A stretch of 64,000 nt of DNA from NCBI GenBank assembly GCA_031275345.1, contig JAISOW010000002.1:64517-128516 (forward strand), read 5' to 3'. This DNA comes from Puniceicoccales bacterium (GTDB lineage Bacteria; Verrucomicrobiota; Verrucomicrobiia; Opitutales; JAIRLM01). Below, piece by piece: positions 36,992 through 45,600 of the stretch (its first letter is position 1; the number at the start of each line of letters is the position of its first letter). The notes under the pieces are model-generated. The model made no database searches, was not told the DNA's origin, and saw only the letters and a program-made list of their open reading frames with translations. Both the position numbers and the translations under genes were made by a program.

Positions 36992-37273
36992 GCCACATCC
37001 GCACGCATGCATTAAAAAAGTACATCCAAAAACCACGGAAAGGACGGCACAGACAATGGCAGCCACCGACGAAAACACCGGAACTGCGGCTCCTACGAAC
37101 ATGGCAGCCTCGCCCACCCCCACCAATGCCATGTACCAGGGCCATGCATGACAGGCAAGGAGCACAAAGAGGGGCGTTGCGACAAAAAAACCAGCGGCGA
37201 GAAGTGCCCACTTCCCTGCACGGTGCCACAAGCCCCTAGCCGATGGGGACAAACTGCCTAATCCACCGTCCAT
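36953..37273 (-). CDS. small polytopic membrane protein, paralog 1 (MDGGL family)
   Basis: MDGGLGSLSPSARGLWHRAGKWALLAAGFFVATPLFVLL..., two to three TM segments. Alternative upstream start at GTG 37300. Confidence 0.6.
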   Translation of the reverse strand: MDGGLGSLSPSARGLWHRAGKWALLAAGFFVATPLFVLLACHAWPWYMALVGVGEAAMFVGAAVPVFSSVAAIVCAVLSVVFGCTFLMHACGCGSVKYGGQGNLTN

Positions 37274-37304
37274 TTGTGCTAAAAAAGGGAAAAATTTCAC
37301 TTTG

Positions 37305-37616
37305 TCAAGTAACAACAAAAATCTCTATTTCATACTTTCTTGTGTACTCTGTTATACAAATAAAGCACCCCCAGAATACAACCCACAAAAGGCAAGCAAT
37401 GGCGACCATTGCCGCAGCTATCGCGGCATCTAACCATAGAAAGGCCAGTATGTTCTCCATCCCTGCAACAATAATACATTGGATCAACGCACGGTAGGTA
37501 AGCAGCACAGGGATGGGCGTTAGGACGAGACCAACAGCGGCGTACAGCACAAACTCTCCATTACGCGCCCACCAGCCTTCGTCCGATGGTTGCGCATTGT
37601 TCAATCCACCGTCCAT
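37305..37616 (-). CDS. small polytopic membrane protein, paralog 2 (MDGGL family)
   Basis: MDGGLNNAQPSDEGWWARNGEFVLYAAVGLVLTPIPVLL... The 5' part of track ORF 37305..37895 overlaps the permease gene. Alternative start at TTG 37646. Confidence 0.6.
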   Translation of the reverse strand: MDGGLNNAQPSDEGWWARNGEFVLYAAVGLVLTPIPVLLTYRALIQCIIVAGMENILAFLWLDAAIAAAMVAIACLLWVVFWGCFICITEYTRKYEIEIFVVT

Positions 37617-37683
37617 TTGCGATGGGAATCGCAGAAAAATTTTCAATATGTCAAATGCAATCCAACATTGCGCCCTCAGACTC

Positions 37684-39120
37684 TCAATTGGACGGCCGCC
37701 ATGCGGGGCGGCGCAGTGCGTAGAACAGGAATGGTGGTGCGCCAAGCAACAGGGTACCGGCCAGGACGGTGGCAAAAAAACGGTCAGATGACATGGTGCC
37801 AAAAAGTTCGGTCGGCAGAATAAAGGCGAGGACAATGGAAAATGATGCACTCGCCAGCCCGGCCAACGATGCGGCCGCCATGCCCCACCGGCCAAATGGG
37901 ATGCGGTAGCTGCGATGGGCGGTTGGCATTTTTACCCGCAGAATCGGACCGGCCAGAAACAAAAATAGGTACATTGCCAGCATTAGCACGGCGGAGACGG
38001 CGTTCAGGGCCCAAAAACCAAGACTAATCGTTGGGACACAAAGAAATAGCATGGCACAGACTGTGATCACGGCCGCCTGGCAAAGCAAAATAGCAACCGG
38101 CATGCCATGGCCATTGGTCCGCTGCAGCCACGGAGGCAGGACACCGCTGGTGCGGGTGGCCAGCAGGCCGCGAGAAGGTCCTGCCATCCAGGCAAATACA
38201 TAGGCAATGCCGCCAAATGCGATGCAAAAGCCCACAACCGGAGCAAGCCAACCCAGGTGAACTCGCCGCAGCCCGAGGGTCAATGCCTGGACAACGCCGA
38301 CCTCCAGGCGCAGTTCGGAGGCTGGGACAATGGTGGCAATGGCCAGCGAGCCGAGCACGGACAGCGTCAAAATGGACAGTGTGGAAAGGAAAATGGCACG
38401 CGGATAGGATCGGCCCGGATTGGCGACGTCCAGCACGTGGTAGGCGGACATTTCCAGTCCGGAAAATGCGAACAACACGCCGGATAGAAAGGATAAATTG
38501 GCCAGATTATTCAATTTTGGCAAAATGCTGGACGCCGGCATGCCACTTGGCTGCCCGGAAAAGAGCCAGATCAACCCAAGGACGGCGATGAGGCAGCCGG
38601 GGATGCAGGTACCAAAGACCGTGGCCAGTCCCGTGACGCGGGCAGAAAGTGCCATGCCTTTTAGCGAAATGGCGGTGGCGCCCCAGGTGAGCACCACAAT
38701 GGCCAGGCAGGAGAATGGACGGGATGCGGCGAGGGCAGGGCTAAGGCCGTAGGCCACGGCTCCTGCTATGAAGACAAGGGTCATGGTCAGCGCCGTGACG
38801 GTTGTAATGAGGCTGATCCAAACGCCGAAAAAGGCAATGCATTCTCCAAATGCTGCCCGTAGCCAGGCATATAGCCCACCTTCCTCCGGCATGAGGGAAG
38901 CAAGCTCCGCGGAAATCAGTGCCACGGGAATGAAAAAGCCTAGGGCGGCAATGGCGTAAAAAAAAATCATGCCCAGGCCGTAGGGGGCAAGCAGCGGCAG
39001 GTTGCGCAGGCTCAAAATGGCCGCGATGTTCATTAGAACGATGGAAAGGACGCCAAGTGGCCCACGCTGCACCACAATATGCGCCACCGTGGCAACTACT
39101 GGCCGGCCGTCAATCTCCAA
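37684..39120 (-). CDS. APC-family amino acid permease/antiporter
   Basis: About 12 TM segments. FIPVALISAELASLMPEEGGLYAWLRAAFG is the conserved APC N-terminal signature. Confidence 0.85.
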   Translation of the reverse strand: MEIDGRPVVATVAHIVVQRGPLGVLSIVLMNIAAILSLRNLPLLAPYGLGMIFFYAIAALGFFIPVALISAELASLMPEEGGLYAWLRAAFGECIAFFGVWISLITTVTALTMTLVFIAGAVAYGLSPALAASRPFSCLAIVVLTWGATAISLKGMALSARVTGLATVFGTCIPGCLIAVLGLIWLFSGQPSGMPASSILPKLNNLANLSFLSGVLFAFSGLEMSAYHVLDVANPGRSYPRAIFLSTLSILTLSVLGSLAIATIVPASELRLEVGVVQALTLGLRRVHLGWLAPVVGFCIAFGGIAYVFAWMAGPSRGLLATRTSGVLPPWLQRTNGHGMPVAILLCQAAVITVCAMLFLCVPTISLGFWALNAVSAVLMLAMYLFLFLAGPILRVKMPTAHRSYRIPFGRWGMAAASLAGLASASFSIVLAFILPTELFGTMSSDRFFATVLAGTLLLGAPPFLFYALRRPAWRPSN

Positions 39121-39193
39121 TGGTTAAAAAATCTTTGCCAACCGGCTAGTCCCCTGCGCCGTCCCCGTTCGATGGGCTGGCCAAATTTTTTTG

Positions 39194-39814
39194 CTAGTCC
39201 GACTCCGCCACGTAGTTGGCGTCATGCCCATGACTCTTCGATTCTGCTTCATCTGCAGCGGCATTTATGATCCGACTCCAATCGTCCTCCACAGCCGGCG
39301 CCAGCGTGGTCAGCACGTCGATGGAGTAGATGCCGTGGCCGCGGATGGCGAACTTACCGCTGGCTAGGCTGCCATCGTCCAGGTCCCGGTCAAATGCCTC
39401 CATTTCCTGGATGGAACGGGCAGGATGTTCCACGACAAAGCCGGTCACGGCCTGGCCATCCCCCAAAATTCTCCGTTCCAACTTCCAGTTGCCGCCGATA
39501 CTGCAGGAACGAACCATTTCCTTGAGCCGCTTGGATCGCACCGCCTGGAAAAGGTCGGCATCGCCACTGGCAAGTTCCACGTACTGGCGAAGCGCTTCTT
39601 GGATGACCAAAACATCGCGTAGAAATCGTGCATCCGCCTCCCGTCGCTGACTTTTGCGATAAAGGCAGAGGCCAAAAATTACGGTAATAAAAAAGATGCC
39701 AACGATGGCATAGTGCGCCGCCGAATGTTTTTTTGCCGGCCTTTGTGGCCTACCTTCCGCTCCCATGGCATGCCATTTTTCCGTCGACCGGTGGCAATTG
39801 CAACTTTTTTTCAA
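39194..39814 (-). CDS. hypothetical single-pass membrane protein
   Basis: 206-aa ORF with a basic N-terminus, one TM (YAIVGIFFITVIFGLCLY), a soluble domain and an acidic C-terminus. The start is uncertain. Confidence 0.5.
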   Translation of the reverse strand: MKKSCNCHRSTEKWHAMGAEGRPQRPAKKHSAAHYAIVGIFFITVIFGLCLYRKSQRREADARFLRDVLVIQEALRQYVELASGDADLFQAVRSKRLKEMVRSCSIGGNWKLERRILGDGQAVTGFVVEHPARSIQEMEAFDRDLDDGSLASGKFAIRGHGIYSIDVLTTLAPAVEDDWSRIINAAADEAESKSHGHDANYVAESD

Positions 39815-39902
39815 AAAAATGGCGATTTTGTGGCAAAAGTAGCGGCCAGGAGCGCATTTTGCGGTTGCGTGGCATGGAAAAAATTGCTATCCATGGAGTA
39901 AA

Positions 39903-41669
39903 ATGCGCAATTCATTGAAATGGAACTCGATGGCCTTTGACGATGCCAGGGCGCAACAGTTGCAGAGGCTACTGCGTCTTCCCCAGTTTTCTGCCCGACT
40001 GCTGGCGGCCCGCGGCTTTTCCGATCCGCATGAAACGCGCTGCTTCCTCGATGCCCACCTGTCCAAGTTGGAAGATCCCTTCCGCATCACCAACCTGCGG
40101 CCGGCCGTGGAACGGATGCAGCTGGCACTGGAACGGGGCGAATCCATCGCAGTTTTTGGCGACTATGACGTCGACGGCATCACGTCAACCGTGCTCATGG
40201 TCCACGCGCTGCGCTACTTTTCCGCAAAAGTTTGCTACCACATTCCCCGCCGCTTTGAGGAAGGCTATGGACTGTCCCAGGCGGTTGTGGAGCGGGCATT
40301 TGGCGAAAAAGCACCCCAGCTCGTGCTGGCACTGGACTGTGGCACAAATTCCACGGCCCAGATCGAATGGATGCAAAAACAGGGAGCTACCGTTGTGGTG
40401 GTGGATCACCACAGGGCAACCTGCCCACTGGCGGCCAACCTGATTTTGGTAAATCCAAATGCCAACGGCATTGAGGACCAGCAGGCCCACGGAATTTTTT
40501 GCACGGCCGGGCTGGTGTTCAAATGCATCCATGGCCTGTTGAAATTGCGCCGGGAACTGGGGGATCCTCTGGCAGCCGAGTTCAACCTGCGGGGCCAGCT
40601 GGACCTGGTGACACTGGCAACGGTGGCCGACGTCGTTCCATTGGTTAGGGAAAATCGAATTTTTGTAAAATACGGACTGAAGGAACTACAACGGCCATGG
40701 CGCATCGGGACAAAGGCCATCATGGACCAGGCAATTTTGGACAAGGATCGGCCACTCGTGGCATCCGATCTATCCTTTCGCATCTGTCCACGCATCAATG
40801 CCAGCGGCCGCATCGCCGATGCCACCCTACCGGTGGAAATGTTTCTCAGCAATGACAGGGCCAGGGCGGAGGAAATTGCCCAAAAGCTGGACGGCATGAA
40901 CCAGGAACGGCAGCGCATCGAATCGGAAATTACCGAAGAAGCTAGCCGCATGGTGGAGCGAGACTTTGCCGATCGCAATTCCATCGTACTGTTCAACGGC
41001 GAATGGCACACCGGCGTGATCGGCATCGTGGCAGGCAAGCTCATGCAGCGCTATCGCAAGCCGTGCGTCGTTCTCAGCCGCGAGGAAAATAACATGGCAA
41101 AGGGATCCGGCCGCTGCGTAAGTGGCCTAAATCTTGTGGATCTACTGGCCAAATGTTCCCATTTGCTCGGGTCCTGGGGTGGCCATCCACTCGCCGCAGG
41201 AATTGGCATGCCGGTTGCCAACGTGGAACGCTTCCGCGAAGCGTTTGAGGTCAAGGTGACCGAGGCATTGAAAATCATCGACGTGGGCCGGGATTTGGAG
41301 ATTGCGGCCTGGCTTGCGCCACAGGAATTCAACGCATCTCTCATGCGCCAGCTGCGCCAGTTGGAACCATTTGGCCAGGGCAATCCCCAGCCGGTGTTTG
41401 GGATCCGCAATGCGGCATTTGCCGGTGAACCAACAATTTTTGGCAACAATCGGCAGCATTTTAATTTTACCATCGTCGCCGATGGCCGTACGCTACGGGG
41501 GGTTGCCTGGCACCAGGCAGACCGATTGCCCAACCTGCCACCGCGCTTCGACATGGCCGTGCGGTTCGGCGCAACCCACTGGAAGGGAAATCGTGGCATG
41601 CAGTTGGAACTGGTGGATCTGCGACCGGTTCAGCCGGAGGATTGCCATGGAGAAGCTGCCGTGCAGTGA
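39903..41669 (+). CDS. recJ: single-stranded-DNA-specific exonuclease RecJ
   Basis: DHH-family motifs FGDYDVDGITS, LDCG, VVVDHH; the DHHA1 region includes RCVSGLNLVDLL...GGHPLAAG. Confidence 0.92.
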   Translation: MRNSLKWNSMAFDDARAQQLQRLLRLPQFSARLLAARGFSDPHETRCFLDAHLSKLEDPFRITNLRPAVERMQLALERGESIAVFGDYDVDGITSTVLMVHALRYFSAKVCYHIPRRFEEGYGLSQAVVERAFGEKAPQLVLALDCGTNSTAQIEWMQKQGATVVVVDHHRATCPLAANLILVNPNANGIEDQQAHGIFCTAGLVFKCIHGLLKLRRELGDPLAAEFNLRGQLDLVTLATVADVVPLVRENRIFVKYGLKELQRPWRIGTKAIMDQAILDKDRPLVASDLSFRICPRINASGRIADATLPVEMFLSNDRARAEEIAQKLDGMNQERQRIESEITEEASRMVERDFADRNSIVLFNGEWHTGVIGIVAGKLMQRYRKPCVVLSREENNMAKGSGRCVSGLNLVDLLAKCSHLLGSWGGHPLAAGIGMPVANVERFREAFEVKVTEALKIIDVGRDLEIAAWLAPQEFNASLMRQLRQLEPFGQGNPQPVFGIRNAAFAGEPTIFGNNRQHFNFTIVADGRTLRGVAWHQADRLPNLPPRFDMAVRFGATHWKGNRGMQLELVDLRPVQPEDCHGEAAVQ

Positions 41670-42189
41670 TAAACTTTTTCCCTTTTCCGCGGTTTGCGCC
41701 GAACGGAACGCCTGGCGCCGTGCCGGCAGGCGGGTGGTGCTAACCAATGGCTGCTTTGATCTGCTGCATCCCGGCCATCTGCTGCTGCTGGAACAGGCTA
41801 AGGCATTGGGAGACGTCCTTGTCGTCGCCCTCAACGCCGATTGCAGCGTGCGGGCGCTGAAGGGGCCAAGCCGACCAATTTTGGGGGAAGAACTGCGCGC
41901 CTATGCCCTCGGCTGCCTCAGGTCCGTTGACCGCATCTTTCTATTTGATGGCACACGGGTGGCCGAAGAAATCCATGCCCTGGCACCGGATATCTACGTC
42001 CGGGCAGAGGATAGGACCGTTGCCAACCTGAATTCTGCCGAATTGATGGCCCTGCGCGCGGTGGGGACGCGCATTGAATTTGTTCCATTTCTACCATCCC
42101 TCAGCACCACGGCGCTGGTGGAAAAGATTTGCTCAACCGCTGGCCTGGCCCGTGGGTCGGAACGGCTGGGCGAACAAAATGATAGATGA
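41647..42189 (+). CDS. D-beta-D-heptose 1-phosphate adenylyltransferase (RfaE domain II / HldE C-terminal type)
   Basis: VVLTNGCFDLLHPGHLLLLEQAKALGDVLVVALNADCSVRALKGPSRPI is the cytidylyltransferase-fold signature. ATG 41647 overlaps the recJ end by 23 nt. Confidence 0.85.
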   Translation: MEKLPCSDKLFPFSAVCAERNAWRRAGRRVVLTNGCFDLLHPGHLLLLEQAKALGDVLVVALNADCSVRALKGPSRPILGEELRAYALGCLRSVDRIFLFDGTRVAEEIHALAPDIYVRAEDRTVANLNSAELMALRAVGTRIEFVPFLPSLSTTALVEKICSTAGLARGSERLGEQNDR

Positions 42190-42210
42190 TGGGCGCCGCA
42201 CCACACAATC

Positions 42211-42849
42211 TCACGCCGCCACTGACCTGCGCAACAAGTAGATTGCATTGACGGCGCGCTCACTAAACCATTCACTGGGAACGACAAGCAGAGGAACGGC
42301 CGCGGCCACTGGAAGACATAAGAAGAGTGCCACACCGACTGCCACACTTGGCAGCAAGAGGAGCAAGTTAGTGACTATATGACGAACTTTTCCCTGTTTC
42401 GACAAAGCCTCGGCCTCGGCCTTGGATGGCTCATAAAAAATCACAGTAGCAACGGCACAGAATGTTTTGCAGCCAAGGCAGGCGATGGTAACGATGGCCA
42501 GCGGCAAGACCATTGATCCAGCTCCCAGCACGATGGCAATGGATGCGATTCCGCTGAAAAGCCAGGCAGAGCAGCCTAGCAACGTGTCAAGCGCAGCGAA
42601 TATGGGCACGGCGCAGGAGCCACCGCCGCCGTTTGTCGACCTGCTAGATAGAATTCTCCCGAGGCCGAAAATGATCGTAAAAAAAATGTGCAAGCACGGC
42701 ACGGTAAGAAGAAGCCGCATGGCGTATCCCGAAAATGTCGTGCAGATGAACACTGCGGTGGCCACTTTGGAAAGGATGGAAATGGCGGCAACGCCGGCGG
42801 TAACGACCTTTCCACACGTCTCCGATGCTATAAAAAGATGAACGTTCAT
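42211..42849 (-). CDS. orphan polytopic membrane protein
   Basis: 212 aa, at least 5 hydrophobic segments, Cys-rich. No recognisable family. Confidence 0.55.
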   Translation of the reverse strand: MNVHLFIASETCGKVVTAGVAAISILSKVATAVFICTTFSGYAMRLLLTVPCLHIFFTIIFGLGRILSSRSTNGGGGSCAVPIFAALDTLLGCSAWLFSGIASIAIVLGAGSMVLPLAIVTIACLGCKTFCAVATVIFYEPSKAEAEALSKQGKVRHIVTNLLLLLPSVAVGVALFLCLPVAAAVPLLVVPSEWFSERAVNAIYLLRRSVAA

Positions 42850-42893
42850 AGTTCGCCATGTTCAAATTTATTCAAAAAAAACAAGCCGTTTTT

Positions 42894-43613
42894 TTACTGG
42901 CTATCGGACCGGGAGTTGGCCGTTGCCGAAAGGCTTCTCCCTGCTGGCCCGGGAAGAGAAGAGCAGCAAAGGGTATGGCCAAGGCAGAATAGGGCGCGGA
43001 CAACAGTAGAAATGCCGTCGATGGGAATGAGCAGTAGAAAAATCTTCAAGTGCAGTGGCAGAGCCGCGGCAAGTGCTATCCCAAGCGTTGCGCAGGGCAC
43101 AATCATTGCCGTTGTGGCCCATGCGACCCTGCGCACGGCATGGTCCGATGGTTTGGCTGGACGGCAGAGGCTGGCGCCCACGCGGCAAATGGAATGGCCC
43201 ACGTGCCAAAGGATTGCGGCAGCTGCCAGGACCATTGCCACGCGCGGAGCACCCACCATGATGGCAACGGCTGCGGCGCAGGAACGTATCTCTGCCATAA
43301 AAAATAGATACTGGCCAAGGGCGGTAAATGTGCGCATTGGCGTGGACTGGCTTTGTTCTTGGACCGATATGGAAGCTGTCCCAAAAATTCTTTTCAGCAT
43401 TTGGCCATGGGAATAGGCTGCCATGGCCAGTGCGATAAAAATTCCCACGCCAATGGAAATGGGACAGTTCATGGCGACGATAACGGCCGTTGCGGCGTGG
43501 ACGAGCAGGGCAAGCGATGAGGAGCACAGTGCGAACGTGCGATCCGCGGCGTGGGGCGACCGTACGGAATACAGTTCGTAGAGACTGGGAAAGAGATCCA
43601 TGGTCCCGCCCAT
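42894..43613 (-). CDS. orphan polytopic membrane protein
   Basis: 239 aa, multiple Ala-rich hydrophobic segments. No recognisable family. Confidence 0.55.
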   Translation of the reverse strand: MGGTMDLFPSLYELYSVRSPHAADRTFALCSSSLALLVHAATAVIVAMNCPISIGVGIFIALAMAAYSHGQMLKRIFGTASISVQEQSQSTPMRTFTALGQYLFFMAEIRSCAAAVAIMVGAPRVAMVLAAAAILWHVGHSICRVGASLCRPAKPSDHAVRRVAWATTAMIVPCATLGIALAAALPLHLKIFLLLIPIDGISTVVRALFCLGHTLCCSSLPGPAGRSLSATANSRSDSQ

Positions 43614-43683
43614 CTATGGCGCCCAAAATTTTTGTCGAATCGATAATTTTAAAACGCATGGCTAGCAGCGCCGGCAAAAAAAT

Positions 43684-44610
43684 ATGGTATTGTTTCTCCG
43701 CCATTCACGGCTTGCAATGGTCGACGACGATGGCAATCCATGGCGACAATCTACCACGCTCCAGCTGGGAGGGCTGGCCGCAATGATGGGCCATTGGTGG
43801 CGGCATTGCCGCCGGGAGCGGCACCTGCTGGGAATTTTTTTTGCCCTGCTGCTGGGCTGGCTCCTCATACCCCCCATTTTTCGCCGCCAGCTGTGCTCCG
43901 TGCTGCAGGAATTGCAGGCTCCGATTTGGTACGCAACGGCCGTTGGCCAGGACATTTGTGCGCGGGAAGTTTTGCTGGCCCAGCCGAAGGAAACGCTGGC
44001 ACGACTTGTGGTGGAACTTTCTCGGCAAAATGCCCACCAACGGCTGCTGGCCCAGGTGCGAACCAACGGCGTCCAACACGATGAAAGTCAGCTTTCCGGC
44101 CGGATTGGCGATTTCACGGTCCAACCGCTGCGCGTATTACGCCGGGACGGCAAGGCCTGGTGGCAGGAGCTGCTGGTAGGTGGCGGCAGCGGTTTGCGTG
44201 AAAATATGCCACTTGTTTGCGGCGAATTTTTAGCGGGCAAGATTTTGCACGTCCACCGTGGCCATTGCGTGGCACTTTTGGCCAGCGATCCCCGCTTCCG
44301 CATCGTGGCCCACGTTGCCAGGGATCGGCGGCCCGTGATCTACGAAGGCGTGGCGCAGGGTGGCTTTGGCCAGCCCATCGGCCGCGTGACCAACCTGCCA
44401 AAGGATTTGGGCGATGGCAGCCCCCTCACAATTGTCACATCATCGCTGTCCGGCACCTACCCCGACGGCATCCCAATCGGAACGGTTGGCCAGCTGCGGC
44501 CAAGTTTGGATGGGCTATTTTTGGAGGGAACCGTCCTGCTGAGCCCTCTGCTGCTGCAGACGCGGGAACTCGGCGTGCTGGTCCCATGTTCGGCAACAAT
44601 GCCGCCGTAG
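43684..44610 (+). CDS. mreC: rod shape-determining protein MreC
   Basis: N-terminal TM (LLGIFFALLLGWLLI), a coiled stretch, then GKILHVHRGHCVALLASDPRFRIVAHV...TIVTSSLSGTYPDGIPIGTVG, typical of the MreC beta domains. The start may be the internal ATG near 43783. Confidence 0.75.
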   Translation: MVLFLRHSRLAMVDDDGNPWRQSTTLQLGGLAAMMGHWWRHCRRERHLLGIFFALLLGWLLIPPIFRRQLCSVLQELQAPIWYATAVGQDICAREVLLAQPKETLARLVVELSRQNAHQRLLAQVRTNGVQHDESQLSGRIGDFTVQPLRVLRRDGKAWWQELLVGGGSGLRENMPLVCGEFLAGKILHVHRGHCVALLASDPRFRIVAHVARDRRPVIYEGVAQGGFGQPIGRVTNLPKDLGDGSPLTIVTSSLSGTYPDGIPIGTVGQLRPSLDGLFLEGTVLLSPLLLQTRELGVLVPCSATMPP

Positions 44611-44692
44611 AAAATCAATCTTGACAACGGCGGCACATTTGCATTGCGAAGCTTGCATTGTGCTGAGCAACGTGGCGGACGGTGCCACACCA

Positions 44693-45547
44693 ATGTATCC
44701 ATTTCGTGAATCCAATGGCAAGCTGGCCGCCGCCACCGCGGTGCTGGGCTTTTTTCGCCAAATCATCGCCATCGCAGCACTGCCGGCCACGATTCTCGTC
44801 GGGCGGGTCCTAATTTTTTCGCCAAAATTTTTTCTTTTTACCTCCAGCTGCTTCGCCATTACCCTTATATTCGTTGCCATTGACTGTGTTCGCACGGCAA
44901 AGGATCTGCAAAAAACAGAGAAAATCCAACATGTATGTTCTACAAAAGATGCGCTGGTCAAAATTATCCGTGGCCGACCGGCGGCGCGCGTGCCCTGCTG
45001 CGTGGCGCAGATAATTGCCAGCTGCCTCACCCTGGCCATCGGAGTCAATGCAATTTTGAACTATGCGCTGTGGAGCGTGCTGGCCTATGCGGTCCCGATT
45101 TTATTCATCATTGCGCCCTGCATCCTGCTGATTGTGAGTTCCCTGGATCTAGTGCTTACACTTGGCCGTGCCGGCCGTGCCGAAAAAGATTTGGAACTGC
45201 AATTTTCCTCCAATTTACCCAGTTATCAAAAATCGTCGCCGTATGCAAAATCGCAGCAGGCTGGATGGGCGGACAACTACGACGCAGGGCGATTGGGAAC
45301 TGGAAATAGTTGGCAAACGCCGTATGGTCCATCCGGTTTTTCATCAAAAGAAAATCAAACGACCCCAGAGATGGACAACAACCATGCTACAACATATCAG
45401 GCGAATTATCAGAGCATTGATTGTGGACCGTCAATGCTTCCCCCACACTTCCACGTGACTGGCAACACTCCCAGAAGCAACAGTAAAATGACCCCGCAGC
45501 TCCCATCTCCATTTTATTTTTCTCAAACAAGCTCATCTTATAAGTAA
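44693..45547 (+). CDS. orphan membrane protein with two hydrophobic hairpins and a Q/N/S/Y/P-rich tail
   Basis: Four hydrophobic segments in two pairs. The C-terminal 110 aa or so are low-complexity (SSNLPSYQKSSPYAKSQQAGW...QANYQS...). ATG 44693 is preferred over TTG 44621. Confidence 0.55.
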   Translation: MYPFRESNGKLAAATAVLGFFRQIIAIAALPATILVGRVLIFSPKFFLFTSSCFAITLIFVAIDCVRTAKDLQKTEKIQHVCSTKDALVKIIRGRPAARVPCCVAQIIASCLTLAIGVNAILNYALWSVLAYAVPILFIIAPCILLIVSSLDLVLTLGRAGRAEKDLELQFSSNLPSYQKSSPYAKSQQAGWADNYDAGRLGTGNSWQTPYGPSGFSSKENQTTPEMDNNHATTYQANYQSIDCGPSMLPPHFHVTGNTPRSNSKMTPQLPSPFYFSQTSSSYK

Positions 45548-45600
45548 GATGGCGTCCGGTTTCCGGTTGACAATGACGGCCGCACCGGTGGGAATTTGCC

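Noticed and set aside
41302-41646. 5' extension of ORF 41302..42189 inside recJ
   Set aside because: It overlaps the RecJ C-terminal domain in another frame. The adenylyltransferase homology begins at ATG 41647.
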